Source: an uncultured bacterium
Lineage (GTDB): Bacteria > Krumholzibacteriota > Krumholzibacteriia > LZORAL124-64-63
Reading direction: 5' to 3'
Assembly (NCBI GenBank): GCA_963727525.1
Contig: CAVSGO010000003.1
Span: 192,001-256,000, forward strand
DNA length: 64,000 nt
Each line of letters starts with the position of its first letter. The first letter of the stretch is position 1. The translations under genes were made by a program, and so were the position numbers. Under the pieces are notes generated by a model that was given only the letters and a program-made list of their open reading frames with translations, searched no databases and was not told the DNA's origin. This document shows, piece by piece, positions 10,579 through 20,425 of this stretch.

Positions 10579-11792
10579 GGGCGCATCCTGCGCGCCGCGG
10601 CAGTGAGCAAGGCGTCAAAAAATGGCCCAGGATCGCGCGGCGTCAGGCGGGCCTCCACGCGCACGGCGCCCAGGCTGCCCAGCCAGGCGCGCCAGGGCAC
10701 CGCTTCGCGCGTCGGGCCGTCGCGATGCCCTACGCGGTGGAGCATGTCCATGCGCATGTCCACCCACATCGTGCCGGGCCGGGCGGTGGCCGGAGCCGGC
10801 GCGGACAGGCCGAGCAGATCGCAGTACGCGCGGTGGGGGAGGTTCACGCCGGCGGCCGTCGCCATCTGGATCCACATCCAGGCGCGGGGATTGATCTCCA
10901 TCAGGTACGGTACGCCATCGCGTTCCTTGAACTCCATGTTGCCCAGGCCGACGAAGCCGACCGCGCGGATGAACCGCTCGCAGAGCGCGAGGAGCCCTTG
11001 CTCGGAGGTCGAGCGTCCGAGCGTGCACGTGCCGAAATCGGCCGGGTATTGACGCAGCTTGCGACCGGTGTGCCAGCCGCTCAGGCGTCCGCTGCGATCC
11101 ACGTAGAAGTCGACGGCCATGAGGTTTTCCGTGGGGCCGGTGATCTCCTCCTGCACCAGAATCACGAAGTCGTGGGCTAGGGCTTCCGCGGCGAGATAGC
11201 GCACGGCGGCGGGCGACGAGGCCCGGAGCGCCTTGGTTTCGAAGATCCGGAAAAACTCCATGTTGCGCGTGGGGTGGTCCGGGCGCAGGTCGAACTTGGC
11301 CACCGGCTTGATGACGTAGGGATAACGCGAAAGCCGCGGGACCAGCGCGTCAACGTCGCGCATGTCCTGCGGGTGGTAGGTTTCGGGTACGGGAAGACCG
11401 ATCGCGGACGCCATTTGCAGCATGAGCGCCTTGTCCAGACAGGGCGCGAATCGTTCCAGAGGCATGAACGGGAAGTGCACGACCGAAGCGAGTTGCGCCG
11501 CGTGCTGCTGGATGACGAGGGCGTGCAAGTCCTGGGTGGCGAAGAGCACGGGCGCCTCGGGCAGATCACGAGCCAGGGCCAGGATCGCCGAGACGAAAGC
11601 CTGCGCATCGCGATCGGGATCTGGCACCACCGCGAACTGGCAAAGACGTGAGCGGCGCAGCGGCGACGGTGCGTGGTCGAGGGCGAGCACCGGTACACCC
11701 TGCTCGGCGAGGCTGCGGATGATGCCATAGGCATTCGGGGCGGAGCCCGGCACCACCAGGGCTGTCGGACGCATGATATCTTTCATGGACAT
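10575..11792 (-). CDS. ATP-grasp carboxylate-amine ligase (D-aspartate ligase-like)
   Basis: GIIRSL, DKALM, YPYVIKP, VQEEI, KLRQYP, MEFK, MEINPR. Start uncertain (11792, 11786 or 11774). Confidence 0.8.
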   Translation of the reverse strand: MSMKDIMRPTALVVPGSAPNAYGIIRSLAEQGVPVLALDHAPSPLRRSRLCQFAVVPDPDRDAQAFVSAILALARDLPEAPVLFATQDLHALVIQQHAAQLASVVHFPFMPLERFAPCLDKALMLQMASAIGLPVPETYHPQDMRDVDALVPRLSRYPYVIKPVAKFDLRPDHPTRNMEFFRIFETKALRASSPAAVRYLAAEALAHDFVILVQEEITGPTENLMAVDFYVDRSGRLSGWHTGRKLRQYPADFGTCTLGRSTSEQGLLALCERFIRAVGFVGLGNMEFKERDGVPYLMEINPRAWMWIQMATAAGVNLPHRAYCDLLGLSAPAPATARPGTMWVDMRMDMLHRVGHRDGPTREAVPWRAWLGSLGAVRVEARLTPRDPGPFFDALLTAAARRMRP

Positions 11793-11956
11793 TTGCGATC
11801 CCCCTATAGCATTCCGTGACGATGATACCATTGTTTCGAGACGCCGGTCAATCGCGATGGGCGCACGATGCCCGCCGCTTGGCGGTTGCTCGGAGTGGGC
11901 GGGCTGGTACAATGCCTGCTGGCATTGATCGTCATTATCGAAATGTGGCGGGGCTG

Positions 11957-13039
11957 ATGGGCTTGACGATCCGGCGGCGGCGCCTGCGAGGCGCGGCGTT
12001 TGCGGGCGTGGGCCTTGCGCTCGCCGCCACGCTGCTCGTGAGCGGCTGCGGCGGCCATGACAACACCGCGCCGCCGCCGTGCCAGGACGTGGCGATCGCC
12101 CTGGAGAACATCAACCGTTTCAGCGCGCGAGCCGGCGTCGTGATGATCCATGAGGAACTGCCCTGGGCAGATCTGCTCGCCGGCATGGCGGTGGGCGATA
12201 TCCTCGCGCGCGACAAGGTCGATCTCGTGAACTACCTGCGCGGCCGCGGCCTGCGCCTCCTCTTCATGGCCGACCTCAGCGATGGTCTTTCGCGGGGGCA
12301 GGAGCCGCCGCAGCTGCGTGACGCCGGTCGCACCATTACCGAACCTGCGGTGCAGCAGCTCTACCGCGACTACGTGCTCGGTTTCGTGCAGACATTTCAC
12401 CCCGACGTCATCGGCCTCACCTCGGAAACGAACCTGGTGCGCGCCTCCGCGCCGGCGAATGTTTACGAGGCCGTCGTGGCGGCCGCGAACGCGGCGGCCG
12501 CGGATCTGGCGGCGGCCCCCGCGACGGCGCCGCTGATGATCAGCGTGCAGGTGGAGACGGCGTGGGCCGTGCTCGGCGGTCACGGGCCGTACGTGGGCAT
12601 CGCGCAGGACCTCGTCTGCTTCCCCTTCATCCAGGTGCTCGGGCTCGCCTCGTATCCGTATTTCGGATACCCGCAGCCTGCGGACATTCCCGACGACTAT
12701 TTCCAGCGGGTCACGGCCGGTGCCGCGGTACCGGTCATGCTCTGCGAGCGCGGCTGGGCGAGCGCCTCGATCGATACGCTCGTCTCGTCGCCTGCGATGC
12801 AGGCGAGCTACGTGCGCGAGCCGGCCGGTCTGCTCGACTCCGTCGACGCCACGGCAGCGGTGCAGACGCTCTTCACGGACATCGACCTCGACAGCCTCTC
12901 CGACCCCTACCCGCCGCTCCTGCCGCTCTTCACCACCGTGGGCCTCATGGAACTCTCGGGCGACACCTTCGTGGCGAAGCCGGCGCTGACCGTCTGGGAC
13001 AGTCCATGGGCCCTGCAGCGGGCGGACGCGTCGCGCTGA
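11957..13039 (+). CDS. Putative lipoprotein, possible glycoside hydrolase-like TIM barrel
   Basis: Arg-rich n-region and lipobox LVSGC; SETN, SYPY and CERGW resemble clan GH-A catalytic positions. Confidence 0.55.
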   Translation: MGLTIRRRRLRGAAFAGVGLALAATLLVSGCGGHDNTAPPPCQDVAIALENINRFSARAGVVMIHEELPWADLLAGMAVGDILARDKVDLVNYLRGRGLRLLFMADLSDGLSRGQEPPQLRDAGRTITEPAVQQLYRDYVLGFVQTFHPDVIGLTSETNLVRASAPANVYEAVVAAANAAAADLAAAPATAPLMISVQVETAWAVLGGHGPYVGIAQDLVCFPFIQVLGLASYPYFGYPQPADIPDDYFQRVTAGAAVPVMLCERGWASASIDTLVSSPAMQASYVREPAGLLDSVDATAAVQTLFTDIDLDSLSDPYPPLLPLFTTVGLMELSGDTFVAKPALTVWDSPWALQRADASR

Positions 13040-13097
13040 CCTATCTTGGCCCGGAGAGTCACGAGAGGTGCGGATCCCTGCCAGAGCGGAGGTGACC

Positions 13098-14099
13098 ATG
13101 GAATACACACGACTGGGCAACACGGGCCTGACGGTCTCGCGCATCTGCCTCGGCTGCATGAGCTACGGTGATCCGAACGCGACCATGCCCGGCGAGACCA
13201 TGCGCTGGGAGTGGGCGCTGCAGGAGGACGACGCGCGGCCGTTCTTCAAGCGCGCACTCGAGCTGGGTATCAACTTCTTCGATACGGCCAACGTGTATTC
13301 GTTCGGCGCCAGCGAGGAAATCACCGGCCGGGCGCTGCGCGACTTCGCGCGACGCGAGGAGGTGGTCATCGCCACCAAGGTGTGGGGCCGCATGCGTCCG
13401 GGTGCGAACGGCCGTGGTCTGTCGCGCAAGGCGATCATGCACGAGATCGACGCGAGTCTCGCGCGCCTGGGTACCGACTACGTCGATCTCTATCAGATCC
13501 ATCGCTGGGACCCCGCCACACCTATCGCGGAGACGATGGAAGCGCTGCACGACGTCGTACGCCAGGGCAAGGCGCGCTATATCGGCGCCTCGTCGATGCA
13601 CGCGTGGCGGTTCGCCAAGGCGCAGCAGGTGGCCGAACGGAACGGCTGGACCCGCTTCGTGTCGATGCAGAACCACTGGAACCTGATCTACCGTGAAGAG
13701 GAGCGTGAGATGGCGCCGCTGTGCGTGGATCAGGGCGTGGGCATGATTCCCTGGAGCCCGCTCGCGCGCGGCAAGGTGGCGCGACCCCCGCAGGCCGGTG
13801 GCACGAAGCGCACCGAGACCGACCGCTTCACCCGTACTCTCTACGATGCGACGGCCGACGCCGACCAGCGCGTGATCGCCGCGCTCGACGAGCTCGCCCG
13901 GGCCCGCGAATTGCCGCACGCCCGGATCGCCCTCGCCTGGTTGCTGCAGAAGGACGGCGTGGCGGCCCCCATCATCGGCGCGACCAAGCTGGCCCATCTC
14001 GAGGATGCGGTGGCGGCGGCCGACGTCACGCTCACGGCCGACGAGGTCGCGAAGCTCGAGGACGCGTACTTGCCGCACGCCGTCGCCGGTTTCGCGTAG
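13098..14099 (+). CDS. Aldo/keto reductase
   Basis: GGAGG RBS; GINFFDTANVY, IATK, DYVDLYQIH, PWSPLARG. Confidence 0.95.
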   Translation: MEYTRLGNTGLTVSRICLGCMSYGDPNATMPGETMRWEWALQEDDARPFFKRALELGINFFDTANVYSFGASEEITGRALRDFARREEVVIATKVWGRMRPGANGRGLSRKAIMHEIDASLARLGTDYVDLYQIHRWDPATPIAETMEALHDVVRQGKARYIGASSMHAWRFAKAQQVAERNGWTRFVSMQNHWNLIYREEEREMAPLCVDQGVGMIPWSPLARGKVARPPQAGGTKRTETDRFTRTLYDATADADQRVIAALDELARARELPHARIALAWLLQKDGVAAPIIGATKLAHLEDAVAAADVTLTADEVAKLEDAYLPHAVAGFA

Positions 14100-14263
14100 G
14101 CCCGCGCCTTCGCCGCGAAGTTCTTGGTTCATGGCGCGTCCGGGTGTCTTGAATATATAAAATCATCGACCCGTCTCCACCCGCCTGTCACACGATGCGC
14201 CGCGATTCGTACCGACTCATGCTACCGGTGTCCGGACCACACCTTGGCAATGGAGGTCAATTC

Positions 14264-16963
14264 ATGGCAGCGCAATACGAATTCCCCGGGACTGCGCGGC
14301 GGTGGCAGGACCGCAGGTCGCCCTATCGATCCTGGGTCGCGATTCTGGCGGTGCTGCTCGCGCCGGCGATCGCCGCGGCGGTCAGCCCGCCCGAGCCGCT
14401 CGCAGGCAGCTTTCTCGCGGGAGACGATACCCCCGCGGCCGCGCTCGGCAACCAGGACGAACCTGCGATCGCGCGTGGCGGCGACCAGTATCTCGTCGTC
14501 TGGACCGATAATCGCACCAGCTACGACGACGCCTCGGGGCAATCCGGCAGCAAGCGCGATATCTACGCCGCGCGGCTCGATGCCGACGGCAACGTCATCG
14601 ACACCACGCCCATCGTGGTCACCGGCGCGCCCGGCGATCAGTACGATCCGCACGTGGTCTGGAACGGCAACAAGTGGCTGGTGGTGTGGACGGACTCGCA
14701 ACCCTCGAACGCGTATTACCACCCGATCAAGGCCGCGCGCGTCTCGGCCGGCGGCCAGGTGCTCGACAGTACGCCTCTCACGCTCTGGGCGCCCGACTAC
14801 ACCTCCGAGCATCTCTTCGGTGTGGCGAGCGACGGGCAGAACTGGGCGGTCGGTATCACGGACGAGTACTACAACGGCCTCGCGACGAATGTCCGTCTCG
14901 TCGCGCGGCGCGTGATGGACAACGGATCCGTGGGCGCGGTGAGCGGCGTGTTCTCGCCCTCGTCAGGCGTATTCTTCGGTAGCGAGGCGCTGGCCTGGAC
15001 CGGCACCCAGTACCTCGCACTCGTGTACGGGTACGTCGATAGCACTTACTTCGGCATCATGGGCATCCGGCTGACATCGACGCTCTCGGTCATCGATTCT
15101 TACCCGTTCCCGATCACGCAGACGACGTGGGCGAACAATGACTATTACCTCAATCCGGGATTCGGGACCAACGGCGACGAGCTCTTCGTGGTGTGGGAGT
15201 TCCAGCACAACGCCGGCACGTCGCAGATCTACGGGGCGCGCGTCGATGGCGATGGCAACTCTCTCGACGGCGACGGGTATCCGGTCGCTAGCGGCTTGCC
15301 GTCGACGTTCGACACGGTGCCGCGGGTCGCGTGGGACGGGTCCCAGTGGATCGTCGCCTGGCCGCAGGACGGGGCGTTCACGATGGCGCGGATCTCGGCC
15401 CTCGGCGGTGTGACCTCGCCGGTCGTACCCGTACCCGGCGCCAGCGACGGTGCGATCGTCGCGGCGACGGGTGGCGGCACCCGCTACGTGTGGCCCGAGG
15501 ATCGCGTGGGCGGCACGTTGCCTCTGGATCTCTTCACGGCGCGACTCGATGGCGTGCTGGTGCCCGGCCCCGACCATCCGGTGGCGCTGGGCGCACCCTT
15601 CCAGACGGAGGCCGCCCTGGCCGTCGCCCCCGATGGCTATCTTCTCGTCTATCGTAGCGACACCTCCGGCGATACGCGCATCATGGCCCGCGCGCTCACG
15701 GTCGACGGCAGTCCCGTGGCGACCGACGCCGTCGTGCTCGCGTCCGGCGACGTCGACGATCCGCGCGCGGCGTACAGCGAGGGCAAGTACCTCGTGGCGT
15801 GGAACGCGGCGGGCGAGGTTCAGGCGCGCCGCCTCATGGCTGATGGCACTCCGATCGATGCGGAGCCGGTGATGGTCCTGGCGGGCCACGACGCCGACGT
15901 GGCGGGATACAGCGGGGGCGACCCGGGCGGCATCTTCCTGGTCACGGCCGCCAGCGGCAGCGGTGCGGCGTCCCGGACCATCGCGGCGCGCGTGGCCGGC
16001 GATGGCACCCTGCTCGACGCGACGCCGTTCGTCCTGGCGGGCGATCATGCGTTCTTTCCGCGCGCGATCCAGCACGGTGTGAACTGGCTCGCGGTCTGGG
16101 AGTCGACCGGCCACGGCAACGGCGGCGAGATCGACGGCGCCCTCATCGCCACCGGCGGCGGCTACGCGCCGTTCCATTTCACCTCCGACACCGACGGCCT
16201 GGCGGCGCACCGTCCCGCACTTGCGGGCAACGACACGACGCTCGTGATGTGGCACGATCCGCGCGGCAATGGCGACATCTATGGTCGCCGTCTGCTGCCA
16301 AGCCTCGATTCCTTCGACGCGGCCGGCGGCATCGCGTTGCTGTCGGGAGCCGGCACGCAGGATCAGGGCGAGATAGGCTGGGACGGCTCATCGTATCTGA
16401 TCGTGGCGCGCGACGACCGTGGCGCCTCTCCCTACGACCCGCGCACCGACGTCTACCGCAACTTCGTGCAGCCGCTGGCTTTGATCGCCAATCCCGCGGG
16501 CACGCCACTCTTCACGACGGATGTCGACGAGAGGGACCCGGCCGTGGCCGGCGGAGCCGGCTACACCGGAGGCGCGGTGTACGTGGCCAGCGTCTTCGAC
16601 CCGGCCGCCCCGTATGCGGCACTGCGCCTGCTCGTGAGTCCGACGGTGAGTCCCACGCCGGTGGCGGAGAACGACACACCGCGGCCGGCGCGTCTGCTCT
16701 CGGTATTTCCCAACCCGGCGAATCCGGCGGTGGAGATACGCTTCCGGTCTGCAGCGCCTGGCGACGTGGCCATCGACGTGTTCGATGTGCGCGGCCGACG
16801 CGTCCGCACGCTCCACGCACTCGCGCCGTCGACCGGCGAGGGCCAGGTGCGCTGGGACGGCACCGATGACAGCGGCCGTTCACTGGCCTCGGGGACGTAT
16901 CTGCTGCGGATGCAATCCGCCGGCGGACGTGCCGGCATGGGGCGCGTGGTGATCGTGCGCTGA
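14264..16963 (+). CDS. Large secreted beta-rich repeat protein with FlgD-Ig/T9SS-like CTD
   Basis: GGAGG RBS; signal peptide; repeated YLVVW-x-D...IY(A/G)AR(L/V)...G units; CTD FPNPANP...WDGTDDSG...SGTYLL. Confidence 0.85.
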   Translation: MAAQYEFPGTARRWQDRRSPYRSWVAILAVLLAPAIAAAVSPPEPLAGSFLAGDDTPAAALGNQDEPAIARGGDQYLVVWTDNRTSYDDASGQSGSKRDIYAARLDADGNVIDTTPIVVTGAPGDQYDPHVVWNGNKWLVVWTDSQPSNAYYHPIKAARVSAGGQVLDSTPLTLWAPDYTSEHLFGVASDGQNWAVGITDEYYNGLATNVRLVARRVMDNGSVGAVSGVFSPSSGVFFGSEALAWTGTQYLALVYGYVDSTYFGIMGIRLTSTLSVIDSYPFPITQTTWANNDYYLNPGFGTNGDELFVVWEFQHNAGTSQIYGARVDGDGNSLDGDGYPVASGLPSTFDTVPRVAWDGSQWIVAWPQDGAFTMARISALGGVTSPVVPVPGASDGAIVAATGGGTRYVWPEDRVGGTLPLDLFTARLDGVLVPGPDHPVALGAPFQTEAALAVAPDGYLLVYRSDTSGDTRIMARALTVDGSPVATDAVVLASGDVDDPRAAYSEGKYLVAWNAAGEVQARRLMADGTPIDAEPVMVLAGHDADVAGYSGGDPGGIFLVTAASGSGAASRTIAARVAGDGTLLDATPFVLAGDHAFFPRAIQHGVNWLAVWESTGHGNGGEIDGALIATGGGYAPFHFTSDTDGLAAHRPALAGNDTTLVMWHDPRGNGDIYGRRLLPSLDSFDAAGGIALLSGAGTQDQGEIGWDGSSYLIVARDDRGASPYDPRTDVYRNFVQPLALIANPAGTPLFTTDVDERDPAVAGGAGYTGGAVYVASVFDPAAPYAALRLLVSPTVSPTPVAENDTPRPARLLSVFPNPANPAVEIRFRSAAPGDVAIDVFDVRGRRVRTLHALAPSTGEGQVRWDGTDDSGRSLASGTYLLRMQSAGGRAGMGRVVIVR

Positions 16964-16989
16964 GTCGGTCTGCTTATCGTACGCCTTTC

Positions 16990-17024
16990 GCGGGTCCCCG
17001 GTCGGCGCCGGGGACCCGCCTTCT
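16990..17024 (+). terminator. Probable intrinsic terminator
   Basis: 12-bp perfect stem GCGGGTCCCCGG/CCGGGGACCCGC followed by CTTCT, just after stop 16963. Confidence 0.6.
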
Positions 17025-17291
17025 GGTGCCGGCGCCAGCCGCACCGGGCCGAGAATCACGATAGAAATTGTGGTATACCCGCCGTCACCCGCGATGGTTC
17101 GCTGGTCCTGCTCACCAACCGGATGACGGACAAGGTCGTATCCATCGCCCCGCGCACCAGTACAGCGCAGCGGTCGGTGCATCACCAGGGCTCCGGCAAC
17201 CCGGCGACGGCGGTGACGCAGGATGTGGCGCGGGCCGTCTGCGGTAAGATCGAATCACGAGTTCGCCCGCGAGCGTCGAAGCACGTCATGA

Positions 17292-17479
17292 TATATCCCA
17301 CCCTATTCACGCTATCGCTACTGCGGCGGCGTCACGGTCTCTGTGAGCGGGCTTTCTCGGGTTTGCTTCGGTCACCGTACCGCTGTGGGTACGGCTCCCT
17401 CACAAACCCTGCGAGATCCCGCTCGCAGAGGCCGTTCCACCCGCCTCGCTACGCGATAGCGTGAATAAGGTGGGATATA
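17292..17479. mobile_element. 188-bp palindromic MITE-like element (ERIC/IRU-like)
   Basis: 27-bp terminal inverted repeats with 1 mismatch (17292-17318 and 17453-17479); TATA ends; inner stems 17334-17351/17418-17435 and 17375-17381/17388-17394. Confidence 0.75.
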
Positions 17480-17697
17480 CCTGACTATTTGTAGTTATTG
17501 ATATTTGCGCGGCTGGTCGGCGACCCGACGTCGAAAACCGTAAAACAGGTCTTTCCGAGTGTTCTGGTGCTGGTTGGCGTGGTGTGCGGATGACTTTGCG
17601 ACCGTCACGACACGCGACATTTTTGCTCGTTGAAATCGAGGTCGAGACGCAGATTGCAAGATGCGGCAGCAAATCCACCTTCGAAACTTCCGTATTC

Positions 17698-17726
17698 TTG
17701 ACTCACCTCCTGGCAGGAAATAGGTT
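17698..17726 (+). promoter_or_regulatory. Sigma70-like promoter of the nuo operon
   Basis: TTGACT-17 nt-TAGGTT, about 70 bp upstream of nuoA. Confidence 0.55.
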
Positions 17727-17795
17727 TGCCCGCAGCGGTCGCGTCCGGGGTGACGTTTCGCTCCGTCGAGGGTGCCCTTCCGCCGAGGTAACGCC

Positions 17796-18197
17796 GTGGG
17801 ATTCCAATTCGTCGTCGTCCTGCTGTTCCTCGCTATCCCGGTGGTGATCGTGGGGATCGCGCTCTGGATCGGGCGCTTCCTGCGACCGAACGTTCCCGAC
17901 CCGCAGAAGGCCTCCATCTACGAGTGCGGTGAGCGCCCCATCGGCAGCGCGTGGTTCAACTTCAATCCCCGCTTCTACATGTTCGCCCTGGTCTTCATCG
18001 TCTTCGACGCGGAGATCGCGCTCACCTACCCGGTGGCCGCGGTCACGCGGAAGTGGATCGACCATGGCCACGGGTGGCTGGCCGTCGTGGAGATCGTGCT
18101 GTTCCTGACGATCCTCGTGGCCGCGCTCGGCTACATCTGGGGCAAGGGCGAGCTCGACTGGAATCGCGAGCTGCACGGTCCCGAGGAGATGCCATGA
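17796..18197 (+). CDS. nuoA: NADH-quinone oxidoreductase subunit A
   Basis: [29 protein letters not shown] 17796 with GAGG RBS. Confidence 0.95.
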   Translation: MGFQFVVVLLFLAIPVVIVGIALWIGRFLRPNVPDPQKASIYECGERPIGSAWFNFNPRFYMFALVFIVFDAEIALTYPVAAVTRKWIDHGHGWLAVVEIVLFLTILVAALGYIWGKGELDWNRELHGPEEMP

Positions 18198-18736
18198 CGG
18201 ACGAGAACGTCTTCAACACGGTGCCCGAGGCGGGGGGCGGACCCACGATGTGCCCCACCGGAGGTGAGGCGGCACCGCTGGTCGTGACGACCCGGGCCGA
18301 CGACCTCGTCAACTGGACGCGCCAGAACTCGATCTGGTACCTCCTCTTCGCCACCGCCTGCTGCGGGATCGAGTTGATGCAGACCGGTGGTCCGCGTACC
18401 GACCTCGACCGTTTCGGCGCCGTCTTCCGTTCGACGCCGCGGCAGTCCGATCTGCTGATCGTGGCCGGCACGATCACCTACAAGATGGCCGACCGCGTGC
18501 GTCTGCTCTACGCGCAGATGGCCGAGCCCAAGTACGTCATGGCGATGGGCAGCTGCGCGAATTGTGGCGGCCTGTTCCAGCCGTCGTACTCGGTGGTGCC
18601 GGGCGTGGATGCCATCGTCCCCGTCGACATCTACCTGCCCGGTTGCCCGCCACGCCCCGAGGCGCTGAACGAGGCGATCATCCGACTCCAGGACCTGATG
18701 AAGAGCGAGCACTGGGCCGAGCGGCGCAAAGGATGA
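18194..18736 (+). CDS. nuoB: NADH-quinone oxidoreductase subunit B
   Basis: [34 protein letters not shown] overlap with nuoA. Confidence 0.96.
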   Translation: MTDENVFNTVPEAGGGPTMCPTGGEAAPLVVTTRADDLVNWTRQNSIWYLLFATACCGIELMQTGGPRTDLDRFGAVFRSTPRQSDLLIVAGTITYKMADRVRLLYAQMAEPKYVMAMGSCANCGGLFQPSYSVVPGVDAIVPVDIYLPGCPPRPEALNEAIIRLQDLMKSEHWAERRKG

Positions 18737-18745
18737 GGTGACCCC

Positions 18746-20425
18746 GTGACGTCTGGCGAGATCTACACGCGCGTGAGCAAGGCGCATCCCGACGCGGTGG
18801 AGGAGGTCCAGAGCGAACTCCTCGATCCCGCGATCTGCCTGCGCCCGGAGAGCCTCCACGAGGTCTGCCGCTTCCTGCGCGACGACCCCGACCTCGAGCT
18901 GCACTACCTGCGCCTGATGACGGCCACCGACCGGCCGGCGCCGAAGCCGGCCGAGGGCGAGGAGCCGCAGCCGGGATTCGTCGAGGTCGTGTACCACCTC
19001 TGGTCGTACACGAAGCGCCATGGCTGCCAGGTGCGCGTGCGCCTCGACCATGAGAACCCCTCCGTCGCCTCGGTGTGCGACCTCTGGCCGGTGGCCAACT
19101 GGCACGAGCGCGAGGCCTTCGATCTGGTGGGCGTCACGTTCACCGGTCACCCGGACCTGCGCCGCATCATGATGCCGATCGACTGGGTGGGCCATCCGCT
19201 GCGCAAGGATTACGTGCGGCCCGATCGCTACCATGGCCTGCCCACGAGCCGCGAGGCCGTGATGAGCGAGGCGCGGGTGGTGACGGCGGCCACGGCCATG
19301 CACGAGGCGAAGGGTGCGCCCGTCTCCGGCTACATGCAGATCAACATGGGGCCGCACCATCCGGCCACCCACGGCGTGATCAACTTCCTGCTCGAGACCG
19401 ACGGCGAGATCATCAAGAAGGCGTCGCCCGACGTCGGCTACCTGCACCGCGGCATCGAGAAGATCGCCGAGATCGTGGGCTACGTCGGTACCATGCCGTA
19501 CACCGACCGTGTGGATTATCTCGGCGCCATGTTCACCAACCACGGCTGGGCGCTGGCCGTGGAGAAGCTCGTGGGCATCGAGGTGCCGCGGCGAGCCGAG
19601 TTCTGCCGTGTGATCGCCAGCGAGCTGAACCGCATCGCCAGCCACCTCATCGCGACCGGCGCCCTGGCCATGGACCTCGGCGCGTTCACGCCCTTTCTGC
19701 ACTGGATCCGCGAGCGCGAGACGATCAACGATATCATGGAGCGCATCTGCGGCGCCCGGCTCACCTACAACTACATGCGCTTCGGCGGCGTGTCGCATGA
19801 TATCGATCAAGTGACGGTCGACAAGATCCTCGACTGGCTCGACCACTTCGAGCCCATGATGGGCGAGTTCGATCGCCTGATCAGCGGCAACGAGATCTTC
19901 GTGCGGCGCCTGGCCGGCGTGACGCAGATCGCGCCCGAGGATGCCATCGCCTACGGTCTGGTGGGTCCGAACCTGCGCGCCTGCGGCGTGAACTGGGACG
20001 TGCGCAAGGACGAGCCGTACTCGATATACGACGAGTTCGACTTCGACGTGGTGCTCGGCCAGGCCGTGCACGGCACGCTCGGCGATGCCTTCGACCGCTA
20101 TGACTGCCGTCTGCGCGAGATCAAGGAAAGCATCAAGATCGTCCGCCAGGCCATCGCGGCCATGCCCGAGGGAGAATTGCGGACCAAGGCGCCGAAGATC
20201 AAGCCGGCGGCCAACGAGGTATACGCCCGCGTCGAGGGACCGCGCGGCGAGTGCGGATTCTACGTTGTTGCCGATGGAACCGATAAGCCCTACCGGGCGC
20301 GCTTCCGTACCGGTTCCTTCACTGCCATGACGATCATCGAGCACCTGAGCCCCGGATTGATGATCGCGGACCTCGTCGCGCTCATCGGCTCGCTCGATGT
20401 CATCGCTCCGGAGATTGACCGGTGA
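18746..20425 (+). CDS. nuoCD: Fused NADH-quinone oxidoreductase subunit C/D
   Basis: NuoC part [11 protein letters not shown]...GHPDLRR...GHPLRKD; NuoD part [32 protein letters not shown]-terminal PEIDR. Confidence 0.93.
   Translation: MTSGEIYTRVSKAHPDAVEEVQSELLDPAICLRPESLHEVCRFLRDDPDLELHYLRLMTATDRPAPKPAEGEEPQPGFVEVVYHLWSYTKRHGCQVRVRLDHENPSVASVCDLWPVANWHEREAFDLVGVTFTGHPDLRRIMMPIDWVGHPLRKDYVRPDRYHGLPTSREAVMSEARVVTAATAMHEAKGAPVSGYMQINMGPHHPATHGVINFLLETDGEIIKKASPDVGYLHRGIEKIAEIVGYVGTMPYTDRVDYLGAMFTNHGWALAVEKLVGIEVPRRAEFCRVIASELNRIASHLIATGALAMDLGAFTPFLHWIRERETINDIMERICGARLTYNYMRFGGVSHDIDQVTVDKILDWLDHFEPMMGEFDRLISGNEIFVRRLAGVTQIAPEDAIAYGLVGPNLRACGVNWDVRKDEPYSIYDEFDFDVVLGQAVHGTLGDAFDRYDCRLREIKESIKIVRQAIAAMPEGELRTKAPKIKPAANEVYARVEGPRGECGFYVVADGTDKPYRARFRTGSFTAMTIIEHLSPGLMIADLVALIGSLDVIAPEIDR

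Noticed and set aside
9136..11792. RiPP cluster (ATP-grasp plus radical SAM)
   Set aside because: No precursor peptide, RRE/SPASM motif or peptidase seen; the context is glycan biosynthesis.
17123..17464. 113-aa ORF running into the palindromic element
   Set aside because: Half is element-derived, with no motif or RBS; at most a remnant.
18746..20425. Possible group 4 [NiFe]-hydrogenase large subunit
   Set aside because: No N- or C-terminal CxxC Ni ligands; it has the complex I quinone-site motifs and the EIDR end.
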